DNA of 32,049 nt from Candidatus Velthaea sp. (GTDB lineage Bacteria > Vulcanimicrobiota > Vulcanimicrobiia > Vulcanimicrobiales > Vulcanimicrobiaceae). This document shows positions 9,075 through 17,636 of the stretch, in pieces. Position 1 is the first letter of the stretch; every line of letters starts with the position of its first letter. The translations under genes and the position numbers were made by a program. Location: positions 1 to 32,049 of the forward strand of contig JBEKHC010000060.1 in assembly GCA_050012475.1 (NCBI GenBank). The letters are read 5' to 3'. The notes below the pieces were generated by a model, which was given only the letters and a program-made list of their open reading frames with translations, was not told the origin of the DNA and searched no databases.

Positions 9075-12000
9075 ATGGACAGCGACTTGAGCCGCGTCGT
9101 CGATGCGCTTCCCGACCTGGTTTTTCGTGCGCTCCCCGACGGGCAAATCGACTTTTTCAACCAACGCTGGTGCGAGTACACGGGTCTTCGGGTTGACGAA
9201 GCGTGTGGCCGGGGGTGGCTGACTGCGATCCACCCGCAAGACGTGCCGGAGCTGCGCGAGCGTTGGCGGTCGATGCTGACGTCCGCCGTGCCGCATGAAT
9301 TCGAGGCGCGGCTGCGGCGCGCCGATGGAGCTTACCGCCGGTTCCACTTCCGAGCCGCTCCGGTAACCGATGCCGCTGGAAGCTTGGTAAAGTGGTGCGG
9401 AACGTGTACCGATATCGAGGACCGCAAACAGGCCGAGGAGGCGCTACGCGCGCGTGAGCACCATTATCGCTCGATCGTCGATAGCATCCCGGCCCAGATT
9501 TCTACGATGACGCCGTCCGGCGCAGTCGAAAGTGCTAATCGCCTCACCCTGGAATTTTTCGGCGCTACGCTCGATGAGATCAAGAGTTGGGCGACCGCCG
9601 ACCTCGTGCATCCGGATGACCTTCCCGCTGTGGTAGCTGCATGGACGCGTTCCGTCCAATCTGAGGAAGCATACGAGATCGAGCACCGGATGCGCCGCGC
9701 CGACGGGGTTTATCGCTGGTTCCACGTGCGCGGTCTGCCGCTTCGGGACAGCGAAGGCCAGGTCGTCCGCTGGCACGTTCTGGAGACCGACGTCGATGAC
9801 CGCAAACGAGCTGAAGCTCTGCTTGCCGGTGAAAAGCGGTTTCTCGAAATGGCCGCAGGCGGTTTGTCGATGCGGGCGATCCTTGAAGCGCTCTGTGAGT
9901 TTGTCGAAAGCACGGACGGCGGATGTTATTGCAGCGTCGTCCTAACCGATCCGAGCGGAACGCGTCTTGAATACGGGGCCGCGCCGAGCCTGCCGGCGAG
10001 CTTCCTCACCTCGATAGTCGGTCGGCCCGTCAGCGTCGATGCGGGTCCGTCCGCGATGGCGGCATGCCTGAACGAACAAGTCATTGCTGCTGACCTCAGC
10101 TCGGAAACACGCTGGGCGGCGTACGATTGGTGCCCGATGGCCCTGGCTCATGGGCTGCAGGCGTGCTGGTCGACGCCGATCGCATCCTCGACCGGTAAAA
10201 TCCTAGGCGCGTTCGCCATTTACTACAACGTGCCCAAAACGCCGACGCTGGAGCAGAAGGCCCTGATCGACCAGTTCAAACACATCGCGAGCATTGCCAT
10301 CGAACGAGCGCAAAACGACGCAGCGCTCAAGCATAGCGAAGCGCGCAAGGCAGCGATCCTGGACTCGGCACTCGACTGCATCATGACAATCGACCACGAG
10401 GGGCGGCTCACGGAGTTTAATCCGGCTGCGGAGCGCACGTTCGGGTATCGTCGAGACGAGGTCATCGGCAAGGCGCTTGCCGACGTCATCGTCCCGCCGT
10501 CGCTCCGGGAGAAGCACCGTTTGGGGTTCGTACGTTATTTGGCGACCGGCGAGGAGCGAGTGATCGGGAGGCGCATCGAGATAATGGCGCTGCGGGCCGA
10601 CGGGGTGGAATTCCCGGTCGAGCTTGCGATCACTCGGATCCCGTTAGACGGGCCGCCGTCCTTCACCGGGTACCTGCGCGACATAACGGAACGAAAACAG
10701 AGTGAAGAAACCTTCCGCGCGATCGTTGAGACCACACCTGAGTGCGTCAAGCTGGTCGCACGCGACGGCACCTTGTTGCGCGTTAATTCGGCTGGACTGG
10801 CTATGGCGGGGGCGGACCCTACGGACCATGTCGTAGGTCGAAGCTTCTACGACTTCCTCGCCCCGGAAGATCGCAGCCGATATCGCGAATTCAACGAGCG
10901 CATTTGCTCCGGGGAGAAGGGATTTCTGCAGTTCGATATCATCGGTATGCGAGGCGATCGCCGGCAGATGGAAACACACGCAGCCCCGTTGCGAATCAAC
11001 GACGGATCCGTCGTGCAGCTTGGAGTTACTCGCGACATCACGGAACGCAAACGGTCGGAAGAGAAACTGCGGCGCAGCGAAGCGTATCTGGCGGAAGCTC
11101 AAAAACTGAGTCTAACCGGAAGCTTTGGCTGGCGTGTTTCCACGGACGAGCACGTTTGGTCGGACCAGACCTTCCGCATTTTTGAATATGAGGTCACGAC
11201 GGAGATCACACTCGAGCGGATATTAGAACGAGTTCATCCGGCGGATAAACCGCTCATGCAGCAGGCCGCAGCTCTGGCAGCGGAGGGCAGAGATTTTGAT
11301 TACGAATGTCGCCTCTTGATGCCGAGCGGATCGGTGAAATATCTTCACATCGTAGCGCATGCGTCTCGGGATCAGGATGGCCGTGTAGAGTATATCGGCG
11401 CGGTTCAGGACATAACCGAGCGCCGACTCTCGGAAGAAACGCTCGGCAAGGTCCGCTCCGAGCTCGCGCACGTCGCTCGGGTCACGAGCCTCGGAGCGTT
11501 GACGGCATCGATCGCGCATGAAGTCAACCAGCCATTGTCAGGTATCATCACCAACGCCGGTACTTGCCTGCGGATGCTCGCTGCCGATCCTCCGAACGTC
11601 GACGGCGCGCGCGAAACTGCGCAGCGCACGATTCGCGACGGCCACCGTGCATCTGATGTGATCAAACGGTTACGTGCGCTCTTTAGCAAAAAGGATGCTG
11701 CTACGGAATTGGTGGACGTCAACGAAGCGACGCGGGAAGTGCTTGCGCTGTCGTGGAGCGAGCTCCACCGAAGCGGCGCGACTCTACGGACGGAGCTGGC
11801 CGCCGACCTTCCGGCTGTCACAGGCGATCGTGTCCAGCTTCAGCAAGTCATTTTGAACCTGCTGCTCAACGCTTCGGAAGCGATGAGCAGCATCGACGAT
11901 CGTCCGCGTGATCTGCTGGTTCGAACCCAACGAGAAGAACCCGAGCGTGTCCGGCTGAGCGTGCAAGATTCGGGCGTGGGTCTCGGGCAAACTGAGGGTA

Positions 12001-12227
12001 AACTCTTCGAGGCGTTCTTCACAACGAAGAGCGGCGGTATGGGGATCGGGCTTTCCATCAGCCGCTCGATCATCGAGAGTCATCGCGGACGCCTCTGGGC
12101 ATCGCCGAATGACGGCCCGGGCGCCACCGTTTCATTTTCCATTCCCGTTGGAGTTGAGAGCTTCACGGATGCCTCTGCCCCGGGTGCCATTCGCACGGTA
12201 CTTTTGCGCGACGGTCAGTCGTTGTAA
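9075..12227 (+). CDS. Cytoplasmic sensor histidine kinase PAS-PAS-GAF-PAS(FixL-like)-PAS-PAS-HisKA-HATPase
   Basis: PAS repeats, GAF (AAPSLP...ACWSTPI...GAFAIY), H-box SIAHEVNQPL, FFTTK, GMGIGL; AGAGGA RBS; close paralog of 135-2795. Confidence 0.95.
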   Translation: MDSDLSRVVDALPDLVFRALPDGQIDFFNQRWCEYTGLRVDEACGRGWLTAIHPQDVPELRERWRSMLTSAVPHEFEARLRRADGAYRRFHFRAAPVTDAAGSLVKWCGTCTDIEDRKQAEEALRAREHHYRSIVDSIPAQISTMTPSGAVESANRLTLEFFGATLDEIKSWATADLVHPDDLPAVVAAWTRSVQSEEAYEIEHRMRRADGVYRWFHVRGLPLRDSEGQVVRWHVLETDVDDRKRAEALLAGEKRFLEMAAGGLSMRAILEALCEFVESTDGGCYCSVVLTDPSGTRLEYGAAPSLPASFLTSIVGRPVSVDAGPSAMAACLNEQVIAADLSSETRWAAYDWCPMALAHGLQACWSTPIASSTGKILGAFAIYYNVPKTPTLEQKALIDQFKHIASIAIERAQNDAALKHSEARKAAILDSALDCIMTIDHEGRLTEFNPAAERTFGYRRDEVIGKALADVIVPPSLREKHRLGFVRYLATGEERVIGRRIEIMALRADGVEFPVELAITRIPLDGPPSFTGYLRDITERKQSEETFRAIVETTPECVKLVARDGTLLRVNSAGLAMAGADPTDHVVGRSFYDFLAPEDRSRYREFNERICSGEKGFLQFDIIGMRGDRRQMETHAAPLRINDGSVVQLGVTRDITERKRSEEKLRRSEAYLAEAQKLSLTGSFGWRVSTDEHVWSDQTFRIFEYEVTTEITLERILERVHPADKPLMQQAAALAAEGRDFDYECRLLMPSGSVKYLHIVAHASRDQDGRVEYIGAVQDITERRLSEETLGKVRSELAHVARVTSLGALTASIAHEVNQPLSGIITNAGTCLRMLAADPPNVDGARETAQRTIRDGHRASDVIKRLRALFSKKDAATELVDVNEATREVLALSWSELHRSGATLRTELAADLPAVTGDRVQLQQVILNLLLNASEAMSSIDDRPRDLLVRTQREEPERVRLSVQDSGVGLGQTEGKLFEAFFTTKSGGMGIGLSISRSIIESHRGRLWASPNDGPGATVSFSIPVGVESFTDASAPGAIRTVLLRDGQSL

Positions 12228-12332
12228 GGAGCCGCCGGCGAGAAGCTTCGGCCTGCGCCGACGGCTGCTTCCACCTAGCCCGGGCCGGTGAGGACTCGCG
12301 CCTGTTCGGTCTCGCCCCGGACGACTGGGCGC

Positions 12333-13091
12333 CTTCGTGAACGTCATCGGTTCGTTCTCGAGGAATGCCCAGGTGTTGAAGGAGTCGTGCGCCATCACAC
12401 CATGGACTTTGCGCCGCTGCATCCCGATGTTGCCGGCATCGTAGATCGGAAAACAGAGCGCTTCACGCATGTACTTTTCGAGCGGATTTTCGCGGTCATA
12501 ACTGTTTACGCCCATGACTCGCATACATGTGTAGACAAGATCGACGCACATTTCGCCGCCGTAGATTTTGGACCAAGCACCGGGCACGTGTCCCTCGCTG
12601 TCGTAGAGGTCGAGATAGTGGGCAGCCTTCCAAGACTAATAGCGTGCCGACTCGATCTTCATGGCGATGTCCGAAAGCAAATAGGCAACGTGCCGGTGTT
12701 GAATAATTGGCTGAGAGCCGCCTCCGGTGTGCTCTTTCGCCCAGCCGAGCGTATATTCATAAGCTGCTCTTGCCACGCCGACTGCGGCGATTGCAGCGAC
12801 CGGGCCCGACCAGGTAAAGGCCTTGCTGATGACCAGGTCGCCGTTGCCCTTCGTACCGGAAATGACGTTTTCTTCGGGCACGATGACGTCCTCGAAGACG
12901 AGCGATGCATTCGAACAGAGGCGGTGCCCCATCTTGTCGATGTAGGCCGGTTTCGTTTTCGCGAACGACTCGTGTGGATCGCTCGACGCGTCCGCCTCTT
13001 TGACGAGCGGGGCAAGGATGTTTTGCGCGAAGTCACGAGCACCTTCGCGCAGCTCTTGCTGCTTTTCGGTAAGCGTGAAGTCTATTGGCAT
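12333..13091 (-). pseudogene. Disrupted acyl-CoA dehydrogenase-family gene, nitroalkane-oxidase-like
   Basis: MPIDFTLT N-terminus joined directly to IDKMGHR (middle domain missing), in-frame TAG at 12636-12638 (ARY*SWKAAH), C-terminal PIYDAGNIGMQRR. Confidence 0.85.
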
Positions 13092-13475
13092 GCGTTCACC
13101 CTCTGTGTGGTCAGGGAGTTCGAGAAGTGCTCGGGCGGCCTGATGCAGCTCGTGAAGCGACCTCTCCCGGAAAAATTGCAAGCCGCTTTGCGACCAAGTG
13201 TCGGGGGATGATTCGGTTACCCGGTGCCGCTCGGTTGGGGACATGGTAAGGGGTGTTCCCGCCCGGCGTTCAGCGGCGACGTTCGAGTGGAATTAAGGGC
13301 AGGCGCGCTTTGCGGCGCGTCAAGCCATATTTTGTGGGCTTTCGATGAGCCCGCCGATTGTCTACGCTTATCGCGGACGGGTTTGGACGGCACCAACCGG
13401 TTTTCATTGCCAGGATCCTGCGGGGCAAACGCGATGGGAAGACGACCGAACGGCGATTAGGACACGGGAGAGCGT

Positions 13476-14099
13476 ATGTCTGAGGACCGGCCGACGGTTT
13501 TTGTCATCGACGATGACGTTTCCGTTCGCGAGGCGATCGAGGGCATGGTAAAGTCCGTCGGGCTGTTTGCCCGGACGTTCACGTCCGCACAAGACTTTCT
13601 CCGAAATCCTCCGATCGACGGACCCAATTGCCTCGTTCTCGATGTCAGACTGCCGGGGCTGAGCGGGCTTGACCTCCAGCATGAGCTAACCGCCGCGGAT
13701 ATCCAGATCCCGATCATTTTCATCACCGGGTTTGGTGACATCCCCATGAGCGTGCGAGCGATGAAGGCCGGCGCCGTTGAGTTTTTGACGAAACCCTTCC
13801 GCGACCAGGACTTGCTGGACGCGATTGCGCACGCACTCGAAAGGGACCGCGTCATGCGGCGCCAGCGTTCCGAGCTCGTGGCGTTGCGGGAGCGCTTCGA
13901 GGCGCTGACCGAGCGCGAACGCCAAGTACTGGCCATGGTCGTCGCGGGCAAGCTAAACAAGGTGATCGCGGCTGAGTTGGGTACGAGCGAGATAACCGTC
14001 AAGGTTCAACGCGGCCATGTCATGCGCAAGATGCAAGCGGAGTCGGTTATCGACTTGGCGAGAATGGCCGAGAAACTCGACCTTCGCCCGCCGAAATAG
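13476..14099 (+). CDS. FixJ/NodW/StyR-type response regulator (REC + LuxR HTH)
   Basis: [35 protein letters not shown]...[35 protein letters not shown]. Confidence 0.95.
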   Translation: MSEDRPTVFVIDDDVSVREAIEGMVKSVGLFARTFTSAQDFLRNPPIDGPNCLVLDVRLPGLSGLDLQHELTAADIQIPIIFITGFGDIPMSVRAMKAGAVEFLTKPFRDQDLLDAIAHALERDRVMRRQRSELVALRERFEALTERERQVLAMVVAGKLNKVIAAELGTSEITVKVQRGHVMRKMQAESVIDLARMAEKLDLRPPK

Positions 14100-14127
14100 C
14101 TTGCTGCCGTGATCGCCGCTATACGCG

Positions 14128-14143
14128 CTATACGTTGGTATAG
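14128..14143. promoter_or_regulatory. Palindromic regulator box CTATAC-GTTG-GTATAG
   Basis: Perfect 6-4-6 inverted repeat about 58 bp upstream of the receiver gene; an extra GTATA half-site at 14159 abuts TTGCAC (-35-like). Confidence 0.7.
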
Positions 14144-14200
14144 GTTATCGGCCTCTGCGTATAATTGCACGGCGCCCTGTCCCAGTGATAGCTTTCAGCT

Positions 14201-14578
14201 GTGAACCCCGAGCCGAAAACTCGCCTGGTTGCCGTAGTGGACGATGATGAATCCGTGCGCGGTGCGATCCATGGTGCGCTGGCGTCGGTCGGCCTGCAAG
14301 CCCGGTTGTTTGGCTCAGCGGAAGACTTCTTGGACTCCGAACTGCACAGCGACATCGCCTGTTTGATCAGCGATATCGAGTTGCCTGGAATGAGCGGTCT
14401 CGAGCTTCAAATCAAATTGGCGGAAAGCGGTTGGCGCGTGCCGATCATCTTCATCACGGCGTTTGGAGATCCAATGATGCGAGCGCAGGCAATGAGAGCC
14501 GGTGCTACTGAGTTTCTTGAAAAGCCGTTTGATGGCGATTTCTTGCTCGATACGGTGCGGGCAGTTCTGGGGACCTGA
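14201..14578 (+). CDS. Single-domain response regulator (receiver only)
   Basis: VAVVDDDESVR, CLISDIELPGMSG, IIFITA, FLEKPF; paralog of 4194-4595. Confidence 0.92.
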   Translation: MNPEPKTRLVAVVDDDESVRGAIHGALASVGLQARLFGSAEDFLDSELHSDIACLISDIELPGMSGLELQIKLAESGWRVPIIFITAFGDPMMRAQAMRAGATEFLEKPFDGDFLLDTVRAVLGT

Positions 14579-14600
14579 GCCCGCCGATACGTCGTCCGGT

Positions 14601-14772
14601 AACAGACTCACCCCGCGCGAACGAGACGTGATGGAGCACGTCGTCGCGGACCTGAACAAACGGAACGAGCCTAGCATCAGCCTCTGCGGTGAAAAGCACA
14701 GCGGGTAGCTCGATGCGAAAAATGAAAGGAACCTCGTTAGCCGAATTAGTCCTGATGCCCGTAAGACTTTGA
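14601..14772 (+). pseudogene. Degenerate LuxR-type HTH remnant of a FixJ-like regulator
   Basis: RLTPRERDVMEHVVADLNK in one frame, then MRKMKGTSLAELVLM in another; matches the C-terminus of 13476-14099. Confidence 0.75.
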
Positions 14773-14878
14773 CTCTCGCGCGTGCTCCAGACGGCGACGT
14801 GCGTTCCTTACCGATCGAACGCCGCTCCTCATGTTGGCTCCGCGCCGTTGTTCTTCGTTGCGCAGCGAAGAGCGATGC

Positions 14879-15229
14879 CCGGTAACGGGTGTGACGTTCC
14901 TGGTGAGCAATGGCCATGACACGCAAAGCATCGTGGACAAGGGAATCTTCAGTCCGGGCGTTCAGATAAAACATACGTTCCCAATCGCCAACGCCCTCGG
15001 CGAGTTCTCCGACGCCACCTGCGAGGTTGCCCAAGTCGACTTCGCTGACCGCAGTGCCTGGCATGGCGTTGACGGATACACCGCCACCGAGTCCGCTGGG
15101 ATGACGGCCGCGAATAAAGCCGATGCAGCGCAACACCCCGACTCGAGGCCCAAACATCGGGCCGAGCTGGGACGATCGGGCAGCGCGCAGCGTGACCTGC
15201 TCTTCCGCAACCAAAGCACGAGCCTTTAG
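14879..15229 (+). pseudogene. 5'-truncated paralog of the secreted protein at 7915-8349
   Basis: VTFLVSNGHDTQSIVDKGIFSPGVQIKHTFPIAN...ATCEVAQVDFADRSAW aligns with VKFAVNAGQSTQIIVDKGTFTSGAQIRHHFAIAN...ATCNVSEVIFADGSVW; signal peptide and N-terminal half absent. Confidence 0.7.
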
Positions 15230-15274
15230 CGAACGCAACGTAAGAGGCCGTAGCAGTGGCCTCTTTGGGTTCGT

Positions 15275-16801
15275 TTACACCGGCGTGAGAACGGGCTGCG
15301 GTCGAGCGGCTTCACTACCGAGCGAATCCAGCGGCGCGATTTCCAGCCAGCCATCGCCGTTGAACTCCAGGAGCGCATCGGCCGCACGCGGACCGGCGCT
15401 TCCGGCCTCGTATGACTCGGGCGCTGTCCGATCGCGCGACCATGCGTCGAGCACGCCTTCGACCGCCGCCCACTCGCTTTCGATCATGTCGGCTCGCTGG
15501 AAAAGCGCGGACTGACCACACATCGCGTGATAGAGCAGAGTTTCATATCCCACGTTGGGTGGCTCGTCGAACGTCGTATCGTAGCGGAAGGTGAGGCTCG
15601 CCCGGCCTAAGTGCAGGTCCACTCCCGGGCGTTTGGCGGCGAAACGTTCGATGAGACCACGCTGCGGGTCGATGCCGAACACCAAGAGATGCGGACGCGG
15701 CGAACGGTCGTCGAGCGGCCCGTCCGGCGGCCGCAACGTGAGGGCGATCGTCGTCACGTGAGCGCTCAATCGCTTTCCGGTCCGAAGATAGAACGGGACG
15801 CGGCGCCACCGCTCGTTGTCGATGTGCACGCGCAGCGCCGCATAGGTCTCGGTCCGGCTGTCCTGCGCCACCTTGTCTTCATCACGATAAGCGCGCACGG
15901 ATTGTCCGTCGACCGTGCCAGCCGCATATTGCCCGCGAACCGCGTCCTGCGGCCCCAGCGGTTGCAGCTTCGCAAGGAGCGCCGCCTTCGCGCCGCGCAC
16001 CGCATCCGCCTCGAATGAACCTGGCCGATCCATCGCGAGGAGTGTGAGCAAACTGAAGAGATGATTGGGAACCATGTCGCGCAATGCGCCGGTCGTCTCA
16101 TAGAACGCACCCCGCTCTTCGACGCCGACGGTTTCCGCGGCCGTGATTTGAACGCTCGCGATATGCTTGCGGTTGAGCAGCGGCTCGACGACCCGGCTGC
16201 CGAAGCGCAGCGCGGGTATGCCTTGCACGGCTTCCTTGCCCAGAAAATGGTCCACGCGATAGATTTGCGTTTCGGTTGCCACCGACTTCAGCGCCGCGTT
16301 CAGCCGACACGCCGACTCAACGTCGCGCCCAAACGGTTTCTCGATCAGCATGCGTCGAAAGCATCCCGAACGCTCCGCCAACAGTCCGGCGTGGGCCAAG
16401 CCGTTTGCAATCGGCTCGAAGAATCGTGGCGAAACGGCTAGATAGAACAGCACATTTCCGCTGCCGTGCAGCCGATCGGACAGTTTGCCATAATCGCCCT
16501 CGGTCGCAAAATCGAGTTGAATGTAGTCCAACCGCTCGGCCAACGAGGACCAGACCCGCTCATCGATCGCCGCCTTGAATTCCGCGCCCTTTTCGCTCGC
16601 AAAGTGGTGCAGCGCATCGCCGATTTCACGCCGCCAGCCGGCGGCATCGCGCTTGTTGTGGTCGGCTCCGATGATCTGGGTTCTCGCGTCGAGAAGTTCG
16701 GACGCCGCAAGGTCGTACAGAGACGGCATCAGCAGCCGTTTCGTGAGATCGCCGGCGGCACCGAAGATGACGATGGTGCACGACGGAGCCGATTGCGTCA
16801 T
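15275..16801 (-). CDS. zwf: Glucose-6-phosphate 1-dehydrogenase
   Basis: IFGAAGDL, EKPFG, YRVDHFLGKE, GALRDMVPNH, VPFYLRTGKRL; start at 16801 or 16810. Confidence 0.95.
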   Translation of the reverse strand: MTQSAPSCTIVIFGAAGDLTKRLLMPSLYDLAASELLDARTQIIGADHNKRDAAGWRREIGDALHHFASEKGAEFKAAIDERVWSSLAERLDYIQLDFATEGDYGKLSDRLHGSGNVLFYLAVSPRFFEPIANGLAHAGLLAERSGCFRRMLIEKPFGRDVESACRLNAALKSVATETQIYRVDHFLGKEAVQGIPALRFGSRVVEPLLNRKHIASVQITAAETVGVEERGAFYETTGALRDMVPNHLFSLLTLLAMDRPGSFEADAVRGAKAALLAKLQPLGPQDAVRGQYAAGTVDGQSVRAYRDEDKVAQDSRTETYAALRVHIDNERWRRVPFYLRTGKRLSAHVTTIALTLRPPDGPLDDRSPRPHLLVFGIDPQRGLIERFAAKRPGVDLHLGRASLTFRYDTTFDEPPNVGYETLLYHAMCGQSALFQRADMIESEWAAVEGVLDAWSRDRTAPESYEAGSAGPRAADALLEFNGDGWLEIAPLDSLGSEAARPQPVLTPV

Positions 16802-17636
16802 ACGAGGCATGGTACCAACATCGGGCGTCCGTCAAGCAATAAGTGGATAGGCGTTCGCTCACTCGCCGGTCACTGTTCGGTTGCTGAGGGTCGTAGCTTT
16901 TTCATTCTCGCACACGCGGAGGCACTTAAGCGCCAAGGTCGTCCCGGCGAAATAATCGCCGCACGCGCGCTCCCGGATCGCGTCAGCTTATGGCAGTAGT
17001 TGCGGCATCGGCACCGATTTGTATCGGAATGGCGAGCAGCATCGCACAGGTGTGAGCGCGCGCACCGGTTCTGAGACGCTTTATTCGGTTATTGACGTTA
17101 ATCTCAGGAGCCGTCTTGCCGAAAGTTAACACATCGGAATCGGCGATTGAGACCCAAGAAGTCGAAGGGATGTGTACGGTGCGTGGAGCGCGGAAAACGG
17201 AACGGGCGCGGCTGAATGCGTTACTTGACGCTATATGGGGACGAGATCGGCCCATGACGGACCCAAAGTCCCACTTCGATGCCACGTCGATCTTTGCAGC
17301 CAAGCTGCTGCGGGTTTCAACGTGCTGCTCGCCGAGGGCGCGCCCCTCGCCATAGAAACCACCTCGGGGTTCACCTGGCCTCCCGCGCCCGGCGACGCGT
17401 CAATATGACTTGAACGGGGTCGATCCGCCGATGTTTTCGGTAAGCGAGATCTTACGAAAGCTCTTCGTCAACGTGTTTCGGCGGTGCCGCAAGACGGCTC
17501 GATCCGCGATGACCAAGCGTTGGCGTCGGCGCAGACGCGCGGTAACGACAAGGTCGAGCCGGCGAAAGCGCGCAACGCGCAAACCGAAACGAGTTCATCG
17601 CACCCTAAGCTCCGTTGCGGCGGATGGAAGGCGCTT

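Noticed and set aside
12636..12638. In-frame TAG as pyrrolysine or programmed readthrough
   Set aside because: The same gene also has a large internal deletion and a ragged 3' end, so a simple nonsense mutation (probably TTG to TAG) is more parsimonious
16860..17630. Short ORFs between zwf and the monooxygenase
   Set aside because: No recognisable motifs or RBS and the frames are interrupted; possibly decayed DNA
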